This document shows, one piece after another, positions 29,083 through 37,089 of a stretch of DNA of 64,000 bases. Made by a program: the position numbers and the translations under genes. Location of the stretch: NCBI GenBank assembly GCA_035506675.1, contig DATJOX010000030.1:14796-78795 (forward strand), written 5' to 3'. Position 1 is the stretch's first letter, and the number at the start of each line of letters is the position of its first letter. The notes beneath the pieces are model-generated. The model was given only the letters and a program-made list of their open reading frames with translations, made no database searches and was not told where the DNA came from. This stretch comes from Methanomassiliicoccales archaeon (GTDB lineage: Archaea; Thermoplasmatota; Thermoplasmata; Methanomassiliicoccales; UBA472).

Positions 29083-29958
29083 TCATGTGTGGGGACTCTC
29101 ATGGATGTGGAATCGATCCCCTCTTTTCATGATCGCGTCAACCGCTTCGTCAATCGAGAATGGAAGTTCACTGGTATGATAACCGCAAGACGAAAGCACT
29201 CGGAAAAGGTGGGTGACCTCGGGTACATCCAGATTAGCTCTGTCCAGCAACGCCTCATCGGAAAGGACGTCGCGCACGCTCCCGCAGGCGATTAGGTTTC
29301 TCTTCAGCACCACGATACGCTTGGCGAAGTCCGGGACGGCGTTCACGTCGTGGGTGGCCACGATGACTGTTTTCCCCTCCCCAGAGAGGCGCTTCAGTAT
29401 GTCGATGACTGACTTCCTACTCCGCGGATCCAGGTCTGAAGTTGGCTCGTCGAAGAGGATTATCTCCGGCTGAATCGACAGCACACTGGAGATGGACACT
29501 TTCCTCTTCTCTCCTCCGCTCAACCGGTATGGTGCACGGTCCTTCAGATGCGAAATGCCCAGAGCGTCCAGAGCCGCGTTTCCTCTAGCTACCACATCGG
29601 CAGGCGAGAGGCCCATGTGCAGCGGTCCAAAGGTGACGTCATTCCACACCGAGGAACTGAAAAGGGCAACGTCTGAATCTTGGAAGACAATGCCCAGCTT
29701 CACTCGGAGCCAGTCCAGGTCGTGAGGTCGATCGATGCTGCGCCTGTCGATTTCCTTACCGCACACACGGACCGTTCCATCTGTGGCCGGTACTAGGCCG
29801 GCTATGACCTGCAGCAGAGTGGACTTTCCGGCACCGTTGGGACCGATAATGGCCACCGATTCTCCAGGATAGACGTCCAAGGACACGCTCTCTAGAGCGG
29901 CGTGTCCATCGGGATAGCTAAAGGAGACGCTTCTCAGAGATACTACGGGTTCAGACAT
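29083..29958 (-). CDS. cbiO: ECF transporter ATPase (CbiO/NikO type)
   Basis: Walker A GPNGAGKST, ABC signature LSGGEKRK and Walker B ILFDEPTS. Confidence 0.9.
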   Translation of the reverse strand: MSEPVVSLRSVSFSYPDGHAALESVSLDVYPGESVAIIGPNGAGKSTLLQVIAGLVPATDGTVRVCGKEIDRRSIDRPHDLDWLRVKLGIVFQDSDVALFSSSVWNDVTFGPLHMGLSPADVVARGNAALDALGISHLKDRAPYRLSGGEKRKVSISSVLSIQPEIILFDEPTSDLDPRSRKSVIDILKRLSGEGKTVIVATHDVNAVPDFAKRIVVLKRNLIACGSVRDVLSDEALLDRANLDVPEVTHLFRVLSSCGYHTSELPFSIDEAVDAIMKRGDRFHIHESPHT

Positions 29959-30831
29959 TCAGATATAGACCCCCATGGTCGCCAGTAGACTCTTGTAGGT
30001 GACCTGCGCGGCGAAGAGATCGAAAAGGACGACCACCGCCCCGAACGCAATTATCGCGGCGACGAGGGCATAGTCTCTCCAACCGCTTTTCGATGTGCTC
30101 AGTATCTTCGGGTCTCCGGCGTAACCCCGCGACAGCATCGCCAGGTAGACCTGCTCGCTCATATGAAGAGATTTCGAGAATAGGCTTGCCACTGAAGAAC
30201 CTCCGATGTTTCGAAGCTCAGCGGTGGTCGGTTTTCCAACCATGCGGCTCTTCCGGGCCATGAACATGTTCGCTACCGTGTCCAAAAGCACATGGATGTA
30301 GCGATAGGCCATATCCAATATGGTTATGAACGAAGAGGGGAAGCCAAGCTGCGCCAGCGCTCTCATCAACTTGGACCACTCCACCGACGCCACCAACAGG
30401 ATACTCAACGAGACAGCTGCCCCTACTCTAAGAGTGAATGTCAGCGCGTACAGCAATCCCTCGAGGGTGAAGTAGACGGTCGTGTCAAGAAGGCTGATGC
30501 TTTGCCCAACCATGCGGCCGGGCGTTATCAGGTTAGTCATGCTCGGCAGCAGGATCATCACCGTGAACAAGGGAATGAACAGCCAGACCCTCTTCAGGTA
30601 CCACCTCATGGGAACCCTGGAAGTTAAGGCCATTGCGTTGGCGAAGATGATGACTGCCAGGAGGCTGAGCGGGTTCTTCAGCAATACTGCCACCACCAAA
30701 AGAGAGATCAAGAGAACGAAGACGAAACGGGGGTCGGCGCTCTGCAACCAGCCATTTCGTCGAGAGATTGTCTCCAGATCGAGCGAGTTACGTAATACCT
30801 TCACCACGCCGTTTAATACTCGCTCGAACAC
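29959..30831 (-). CDS. cbiQ: ECF transporter transmembrane T component (CbiQ/NikQ type)
   Basis: 290-aa multi-pass membrane protein located between the ATPase and CbiN/M genes. Confidence 0.8.
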   Translation of the reverse strand: MFERVLNGVVKVLRNSLDLETISRRNGWLQSADPRFVFVLLISLLVVAVLLKNPLSLLAVIIFANAMALTSRVPMRWYLKRVWLFIPLFTVMILLPSMTNLITPGRMVGQSISLLDTTVYFTLEGLLYALTFTLRVGAAVSLSILLVASVEWSKLMRALAQLGFPSSFITILDMAYRYIHVLLDTVANMFMARKSRMVGKPTTAELRNIGGSSVASLFSKSLHMSEQVYLAMLSRGYAGDPKILSTSKSGWRDYALVAAIIAFGAVVVLFDLFAAQVTYKSLLATMGVYI

Positions 30832-30844
30832 TTTCCGCCACCTG

Positions 30845-31162
30845 TCACTTGTTCTCCTCTTGGATGCTCCTTCGCCCGAAAATGGTGCTCATTGCATACG
30901 TCACAAGAATGATAGCTGCAATCCCAACCAATGCCGAAATGATGTAGCCAAGTGAAGCCATGAGCTGACTGTCCCACCCGCTCAGGTCGTAGCCGTCCAG
31001 TGGAGCGCTCCACACTTTCCAAGGCACCCAGTTGCCCACCGAACCCCATTCTCCCCAGGCTTCCGAGAAGTTCCATACAACAAGGATACCTAGAGGCGAT
31101 ATTACAGCAAGCGCCAATAGGATTGCCAGCGTCTTCTTCGACATCAGCTTCGTCATGTTCAA
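30845..31162 (-). CDS. CbiN/NikN-like small membrane protein (PDGLE-type)
   Basis: 105 aa with N- and C-terminal TM helices flanking a W-rich periplasmic loop with APLDGYDL. Its position in the operon supports the call. Confidence 0.65.
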   Translation of the reverse strand: MNMTKLMSKKTLAILLALAVISPLGILVVWNFSEAWGEWGSVGNWVPWKVWSAPLDGYDLSGWDSQLMASLGYIISALVGIAAIILVTYAMSTIFGRRSIQEENK

Positions 31163-31932
31163 CTCTCTCCCTTAGCTTCGACTGGGACTCTTTCCTTCCT
31201 TGCCCCTTCATGCGATTCTGTCGGCTCTACATCCTTATAGACGCCTCGTAGCCAGCCAGGAGAGAGCTTGGGTAGCCTGAGAAGATCGGGCCGGTTCTCC
31301 GCTAGGTAATAGACGACTATGGCCGTGGTCAGGCCTTCGGCTATGCCGACTAAGAGGTGGGCTCCCACCATCGCCGGAATCGCGACATCAAGTCCATACG
31401 GTGAGTAGCCAGGAGCGATGATTGGCTGGATGCCGAACTCCACGGAGCCGCAGAACGCTGCCACAACAATGCCGATGTAGCCCCCCACAAAGGCCGACGC
31501 AGCCCTCGCCTTGGAGGTCAGTTTGCCGTCTTTGGTCAGGAGCTTCTTCACCCCGGCATATGCGAAGATGCCAGTGAAGGACATGACCACGCCCATGTTG
31601 AATACATTGGCCCCATACGCGGTCACACCGCCATCGCCGAACAACAGTGCCTGGATCAACAAGGCTATGCTGAGGGCAATGACTCCTCCGTACGGCCCCA
31701 ATACGATTGCGATGAGGACAGCGCCGACCATATGTGCCGTTGTGCCATCCGGTATCGGCAAATTGAACATCATCAGAATGAAGGACAAGGCGGCCATGAA
31801 TGACAGCACGGGCACGTTCCTAGGTCCTAGATTCTTGTTTGCGTTTCTGAATGCGAAAAACCATATGACTAGCATGACCAAGAACAAAGTTATGAAGGTT
31901 GCCGGTCCCAAGTATCCGTCTGGTATGTGCAT
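31159..31932 (-). CDS. cbiM: ECF substrate-capture component CbiM/NikM
   Basis: The N-terminus MHIPDGYL is the metal-binding signature of CbiM/NikM. It is a multi-pass membrane protein. Confidence 0.9.
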   Translation of the reverse strand: MHIPDGYLGPATFITLFLVMLVIWFFAFRNANKNLGPRNVPVLSFMAALSFILMMFNLPIPDGTTAHMVGAVLIAIVLGPYGGVIALSIALLIQALLFGDGGVTAYGANVFNMGVVMSFTGIFAYAGVKKLLTKDGKLTSKARAASAFVGGYIGIVVAAFCGSVEFGIQPIIAPGYSPYGLDVAIPAMVGAHLLVGIAEGLTTAIVVYYLAENRPDLLRLPKLSPGWLRGVYKDVEPTESHEGARKERVPVEAKGES

Positions 31933-31955
31933 TTTGATATCCCCATAACACGTTT

Positions 31956-32004
31956 CACGTAACTTTGCTACCGGTATTGCAAGAAGGGTATTTCAAAGTT
32001 CGTG
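31956..32004. promoter_or_regulatory. inverted repeat upstream of the cbiM/nikM operon (candidate NikR operator)
   Basis: CACGTAACTTTG (31956-31967) and CAAAGTTCGTG (31994-32004) are reverse complements apart from one extra T. The spacer is 26 nt, and the repeat lies 24-72 nt upstream of the start codon. Confidence 0.3.
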
Positions 32005-32899
32005 ATATTTCTAATGGAAAAGTGTTATCGGACGCTGACAATAACCTCCACACAAATGCAAGTTGCATCGAAAATGTCACAACCGGTTCGAATTTGGATT
32101 GGATCATAAAGGAAGAGATAAGGTTAGTGAGCCTCGATTTACTCGTCGACGAGTCTGCCAAGAAACGCCACGATGATTTGAATCAGCAAACCGAGCCGTG
32201 GCCAAGTCTATTCGTCGGCATCATCGAGAACGTCCCAGGGGAGCGCGGGGTCGACAGCTCCTCGTTTCATGTGGTTGCACGTATTGAACTTGATTGAGTG
32301 CTACCAATTTTATAATAGTAACACGCTCACCCCCACCGACAAAAGCGGCGGTTCTTATGCGGCTCAATCACCAACGAGCTCCTCCTTTCCGCTGCTTTCT
32401 GTCATATCCTTATCATGTCTATGTTCTTTGAACCGCCGCACAAGGCGTAGTGTCGCCGAGATGGCTAGGCACACGGATTTCCTGCATCATGGTGCGCCTC
32501 ATTGTGATGCAAATAGAGCCGACAGGCCGATCCCCAACGTAGCGCCTTGTTCGTTGGCCGAGTGAATAAGGAAGAAAGTGTTTCCTGAAAAGAACCCATT
32601 AATCCGTTTCTGTCTCCTGGTTTGGGAGTGGATTTCACCTTCAATTCCACTGGAGAAATGCATTGCCGGCTGGAGTTAGGATTCGACTTCGGACAGATCC
32701 ACTTTCGATTCCAACCTCGGAATCTGATCGCTGGACTTCTTGCATGTCGAGTTCGGGCAGACCCACCAGTAACGGGCATCTTCGATTGACGACCGAGTCG
32801 AAGAAAAAGAAGTGTAAAAGGGTTTTCTGAGCTGGCTCACGTTCTAACTCGAATGAATAGAATTCCATTTGGATCATCTGGCTAGACGGCTGTGTGGTC

Positions 32900-32932
32900 C
32901 CGGCTGAGCCCACTTCCATCAATCCAGACAAT
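32900..32932. repeat. att-like direct repeat, distal copy
   Basis: CCGGCTGAGCCCACT (32900-32914) and ATCCAGACAAT (32922-32932) are identical to 13973-13987 and 13997-14007. Confidence 0.7.
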
Positions 32933-33117
32933 CATCTCTAGGGTTTGGTCACGATGGCCAAGTTCTTCGCACCTGTTCGAGTTGTCGCCAATCCGCGTCC
33001 AGGGCTGTCAACAGGATGTCCAGATTGAAGATTCAGGAGGCAGATTTGAGCGGTTGGGATGGCGCGGACATCCTGTGCTGAGGCTGGGCTTTGGTCCGGC
33101 CTTGGACGCGTGGTCGT

Positions 33118-34584
33118 TCAAAGCACAGACGAGAGCAGTCGGGATACGCCTTCCTTCGTTCTTATCGTCAAAGATCTGTCCTTGTAGAGCTCGCTCGTAA
33201 TCTGAGTGCAGACTTTCAGGTCCTCTTCGAAAATCTCCCGCTGCTGTCTGGCGAACTCGCGGTCGTAGATCACTGCATTCGTCTCGAAGTTGAGCCGGAA
33301 ACTACGGATGTCCCAGTTCGCGGTGCCTATCGAGGAGACGAGGTCGTCGACCGTAACGGTCTTGGCGTGGATGAAACCGTTGTTGTACGTGTACGCTCTG
33401 ACCCCAGCATCCAGTAGCTCGCCAACATAGGAATATGAGGCCCAATAGACGAAGGGGTGATCAGGCTTGTCGGGGAACATGATCCGAACGTCCACGCCGG
33501 AGAGTGCAGCGATCCTCAGCGCGTCGAGCACGCTCTGATCGGGGACGAAGTACGGCGTCTGGAGGTAAATAGTCCGCTTGGCCAACGCAATCAACTTCAG
33601 ATACTCCTCCTTGATGGGGTTCCACAGATTGTCAGGCCCCCCGCTGACGATTTGGATGTATGCGTTCCCATTCCCTTTGGCCATGGGGAAGTAGGCCGGC
33701 CCGAACGAGAGGTTCTCCTTGGTAGCGTAGTTCCAATCCAGAAAGAAGCGAAGCTGGAGGGCGTCCACCCCCTGACCCTTGATCTCCACCGCAGTGTCCC
33801 GCCACCATCCCAGCGGCCCTTTGCCCAGATACTCCTCACCTATGTTGAAGCCTCCAAGAAAGCCTATCCGCCCGTCGACAATCGCAATCTTGCGATGGTC
33901 ATGGTAGTTGATCCGCAAGGTGATTGCCGGTATGAGGACCTTGTAGAATGGTGCAACCTTGCCCCCCGCTTCCAACAGCATTTGGTAGCCTTCCTTGGGC
34001 ATCCGGTTGCCAAAGGCGTCGTACAGCAGGCGCACCTCCACCCCTTGGCGTGCTTTCTCGGTGAGGGCGGCCACGATCTTGCGGCCAAGCTCGTCGTTCT
34101 CGATAATATAGTACTCCATGTGGATATGGTGCTTCGCACCGTTTATCGCATCGAGCAGCGCGCCGAACTTGTCCTGACCCCGCACGAACGCTCGTACTTC
34201 GTTTCCCTGCGTGACCAAGGCGCCGTTGCTCGTGAGGAGGAGGTCTGCCGCCTGCAAGATGCTCTCCATTTCACTGCCTGCGAATTCTCCCTTCACCCTC
34301 GCGAGTTCAGCTTTCTGTTCATTCAGGAATTGGTGGATCCTCTCCTGATCACCTTTGGCTTTGAGTTGAAAATCTTTCTGCTTGAAATAAGGCCGGCCGA
34401 AGAGGAGGTATAGGACGAAGCCCAGGAACGGCATGAACACGAGGGCCAGAATCCAGACTGTGGCGTTTCCGGGGTCCCTGCGCTCGAAGAAGACCACGTA
34501 GACTATCGCGGCCAAATCAAATATGATCACTAGCGGCAACAGCACCTGACCAAGGTCAAACGCCACGCTTCCACCAGCTGACAA
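33118..34584 (-). CDS. cls: cardiolipin synthase (PLD superfamily, two HKD motifs)
   Basis: 488 aa with two N-terminal TM helices and HKD motifs HRKIAIVDG...GGFN and HAKTVTVDD...GTANWD. Confidence 0.9.
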   Translation of the reverse strand: MSAGGSVAFDLGQVLLPLVIIFDLAAIVYVVFFERRDPGNATVWILALVFMPFLGFVLYLLFGRPYFKQKDFQLKAKGDQERIHQFLNEQKAELARVKGEFAGSEMESILQAADLLLTSNGALVTQGNEVRAFVRGQDKFGALLDAINGAKHHIHMEYYIIENDELGRKIVAALTEKARQGVEVRLLYDAFGNRMPKEGYQMLLEAGGKVAPFYKVLIPAITLRINYHDHRKIAIVDGRIGFLGGFNIGEEYLGKGPLGWWRDTAVEIKGQGVDALQLRFFLDWNYATKENLSFGPAYFPMAKGNGNAYIQIVSGGPDNLWNPIKEEYLKLIALAKRTIYLQTPYFVPDQSVLDALRIAALSGVDVRIMFPDKPDHPFVYWASYSYVGELLDAGVRAYTYNNGFIHAKTVTVDDLVSSIGTANWDIRSFRLNFETNAVIYDREFARQQREIFEEDLKVCTQITSELYKDRSLTIRTKEGVSRLLSSVL

Positions 34585-34727
34585 ATTGGTTGGGATAGCC
34601 TATAAACATGATATTTGGGAGCACTGTGCAAGTTGAGACCTCTCAACAAGTCGGCACCTGCGATTCCTCGAGGTCGCTCCTAGGATATTCATGTCGGCGT
34701 GCCGCTTTCATCTGTCAGGCGCCTACG

Positions 34728-35468
34728 CTAGACCCGCCTGCTTCTTTCCCAGTAGTAGACAAACAGGTCCTTCACCCAATCAAGGAACCTCGGGTCTTCT
34801 CCAACGAATCCCGCGTAGTCTGCCCTTCCTCCCAGGAACGGGAAGCTCAGCCCCGCCTCCCTCTCCGTTATCAAGAAGTTCACCGGAAGGGCGTCGATCC
34901 CTCTGCATTCGATGCCTTGCGCCACCTCTGGGGCCAGCTGTTGCTCAGGAAGGAAGCGATCCAGAAGGAGAAGCCTGCCCTTCACGCGGGGTATTGCTTT
35001 CGCCAGCAACGGGCCAAGGACCGGGGGTCTCTCCATTCCCCCCATCCAAATGTACTCCTGGGCTTCCGCTGCTATCCTTGAGATGACGTTCATGTTCTCC
35101 ATGACATCCATGTTGAGGCTCGCCCCGGAAAGCTCACCTAGCCTGTCCACGAACTCTCCGGGCAGCCCCCATACGTCGTGTGTCGAGAAGTACTCCTTGT
35201 GCAAGTGAACAAACTCCAAGTTGGAGGAGAGATGCAGCACTAGTCTGCCGTAGTCCGTGATCGAATAGGTGCCATCAGGTTCCTTCTTGGTCAGAAAGGC
35301 ATCACTGAGGCGCTGCAGCTGTCTGGAGGCTTCCGTGCTGGTCAATGCCAGTTTGCTCGCCACCACGGTCATCTTACATTTCTTCTTGTTCAGCTCGCGT
35401 AGTATGCAGAGCCGGCTTTGACTAGAAAGCTCAAAATGGAGTTTCTCTACCCCCTCTTGGTCCTCCAA
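34728..35468 (-). CDS. wHTH transcriptional regulator with DUF1724-like C-terminal domain (FilR1-like)
   Basis: 246 aa. The N-terminal ArsR-like HTH (RLCILRELNKKKCKMTVVASKL) and the length and pattern of the C-terminal domain resemble methanogen FilR1-type regulators. Confidence 0.6.
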   Translation of the reverse strand: MEDQEGVEKLHFELSSQSRLCILRELNKKKCKMTVVASKLALTSTEASRQLQRLSDAFLTKKEPDGTYSITDYGRLVLHLSSNLEFVHLHKEYFSTHDVWGLPGEFVDRLGELSGASLNMDVMENMNVISRIAAEAQEYIWMGGMERPPVLGPLLAKAIPRVKGRLLLLDRFLPEQQLAPEVAQGIECRGIDALPVNFLITEREAGLSFPFLGGRADYAGFVGEDPRFLDWVKDLFVYYWERSRRV

Positions 35469-35480
35469 TCTTCCTCACCG

Positions 35481-35517
35481 TTGTGTAATTTCAGCACCGA
35501 TGCTTGTCATTACACAA
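35481..35517. promoter_or_regulatory. perfect 9-bp inverted repeat upstream of the FilR1-like regulator gene
   Basis: TTGTGTAAT (35481-35489) and ATTACACAA (35509-35517) with a 19-nt spacer. The repeat begins 13 nt upstream of the start codon at 35468. Confidence 0.35.
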
Positions 35518-35615
35518 TCTTCGCAGATAAAGGTAATCGGCTTTTCGCAACATCGGCAGATCGCTCGACGGCGGCAACCGTTGGGTGAAATCAGAAAACT
35601 AGGAGGCAAGAGAAA

Positions 35616-36452
35616 ATGGAAAAGATGTTGGTCGTTGTCTTTGACAACGAGACGAAAGCCTATGAAGGGTCTCGCATACTGAACGAACTCGATGCTGAGG
35701 GAGGCGTCACCGTACACGCGGCATCAGTTATCGGCAGGAACGCTGACGGCGCGCTCATGGTCAAGAAGGTGGAGGGCGGTTTTCCGCTCCGCACCGTTGA
35801 GGGCACAGCAATCGGCGGCCTGATCGGTCTGCTTGGCGGCCCTGTTGGCTTCGGGATAGGAGCGGTAGCTGGCTCGGTGGCTGGAGCGACTAGCGACATA
35901 TTCCGCGATGTTGTGGACGAGGACTTCCTGTCGGAAGTGTCTGCTAAGCTGACACCGGGGAAGTTCGCGGTATTGGCTGACCTGAGCGAGGAGTGGGTGA
36001 CCCCGCTGGACACGAAGATGGAGGGGCTCGGTGGCGTCGTCTTCCGAACGGCGAAGCAGAACTTCGAGGATTCTCGGTTGGACAAAGTGGTCCGGGATCT
36101 GAAGGTGGAAATCGACGATCTCCAGGCTGAGCAGAAGAAGGCTGCCTCTAGCAGAAAGGCCAAGCTACAAGCCAAGATCGACGGGCTCAACGCCAAGCTG
36201 AAGAACAAGCAGGAGCAGGGCAAGCAGAGGCTGGACCAGAGGATGAGCGATGATGATGTGAAGATCAAATCGCTCAAGGAGAAGCAGGCGAACGCCGTCG
36301 GAGATGCGAAGTCATCGTTGAAGGCTCGGATGGTTGAGATCCGCAAGGACTACAACGAGGCGGCGAGAAGCTTGAAGAGCCTGGAAGCAGCGCACCTCGA
36401 CAAGGTGGCCAAGGGTCTCCAGACCAAGGCGGTGAAGCTCAGGAAGGGATGA
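35616..36452 (+). CDS. DUF1269-like protein with glycine-zipper segment and long C-terminal coiled coil
   Basis: The N-terminus MLVVVFDNETKAYEGSRIL..L and the GGLIGLLGGPVGFGIGAVAGSVAG zipper are followed by K/Q/A-rich heptad-like sequence. Confidence 0.6.
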   Translation: MEKMLVVVFDNETKAYEGSRILNELDAEGGVTVHAASVIGRNADGALMVKKVEGGFPLRTVEGTAIGGLIGLLGGPVGFGIGAVAGSVAGATSDIFRDVVDEDFLSEVSAKLTPGKFAVLADLSEEWVTPLDTKMEGLGGVVFRTAKQNFEDSRLDKVVRDLKVEIDDLQAEQKKAASSRKAKLQAKIDGLNAKLKNKQEQGKQRLDQRMSDDDVKIKSLKEKQANAVGDAKSSLKARMVEIRKDYNEAARSLKSLEAAHLDKVAKGLQTKAVKLRKG

Positions 36453-37075
36453 AGACGAACAACGAGTACCACGATGTGCAAGGCCCTAGCGCCCACAACG
36501 GGATCCGATGGAGCAAGCAGGAGCTTCTGCATATCGGAATCGCGGTGGCAGTGCTGACGTTAGCATTCGCCATCGCGATCAACATCAGTCCTTTCTGGGT
36601 GGGGTTGCTCGTGGCCGCAGTGGCAGTCTTCACTGCCTTCCTGCCCCACGAGCTGGGCCACAAGCGCGTCGCTCAGCGTTTCGGCGCCTGGGCGGAATTC
36701 AGGGTGTTCCCCCTTGGCCTGGCAGTAGCCCTCATTACATCGTTCTTCGGCTTCGTTTTCGCAGCCCCAGGGGCGGTGTACATCCAGGGCCGACTGACCC
36801 GAAAGCAGAACGGACTCGTCAGTATCGCCGGGCCGGGGATCAACATCGCCATCGCCTTCATCGCGATAGCGGCTAGCTTCCTCTTCCCAATCGGCAATCT
36901 GATCGGGGATATTCTTTGGGCCATCGGTAGCCTGAACGCATATTTGGCAGCCTTCAACCTGTTGCCAATCCCGCCGCTCGACGGCTCGAAGGTGTTCGAA
37001 TGGAACAAAGCTGTGTGGGCCGGCTCGATCGCGATCGCAGCTCTGCTTGCGGCGGTTGGTTATGGTCTAATCTAG
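36449..37075 (+). CDS. site-2 protease (M50) family membrane metalloprotease
   Basis: HELGH zinc motif and NLLPIPPLDG motif in a multi-pass membrane protein. It overlaps the preceding gene by 4 nt. Confidence 0.75.
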   Translation: MKTNNEYHDVQGPSAHNGIRWSKQELLHIGIAVAVLTLAFAIAINISPFWVGLLVAAVAVFTAFLPHELGHKRVAQRFGAWAEFRVFPLGLAVALITSFFGFVFAAPGAVYIQGRLTRKQNGLVSIAGPGINIAIAFIAIAASFLFPIGNLIGDILWAIGSLNAYLAAFNLLPIPPLDGSKVFEWNKAVWAGSIAIAALLAAVGYGLI

Positions 37076-37089
37076 GCGTGGGGACTAGA

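Larger units (their letters stand above)
13973..32932. mobile_element. putative (possibly fossil) integrated element / genomic island bounded by tRNA-Val-derived direct repeats
   Basis: Direct repeats at both ends, an integrase next to the tRNA copy, and a GC drop beginning at the tRNA. The extent and mobility are not proven. Confidence 0.4.

Noticed and set aside
31965-32297. 110-aa ORF next to the cbiM/nikM promoter
   Set aside because: No recognisable motif, and it starts inside the candidate operator. It lies in the gene-poor tail of the island. It cannot be excluded, but I have no support for it.
33457-34413. 318-aa ORF on the plus strand
   Set aside because: It is antisense to cardiolipin synthase, which has two clear HKD motifs.
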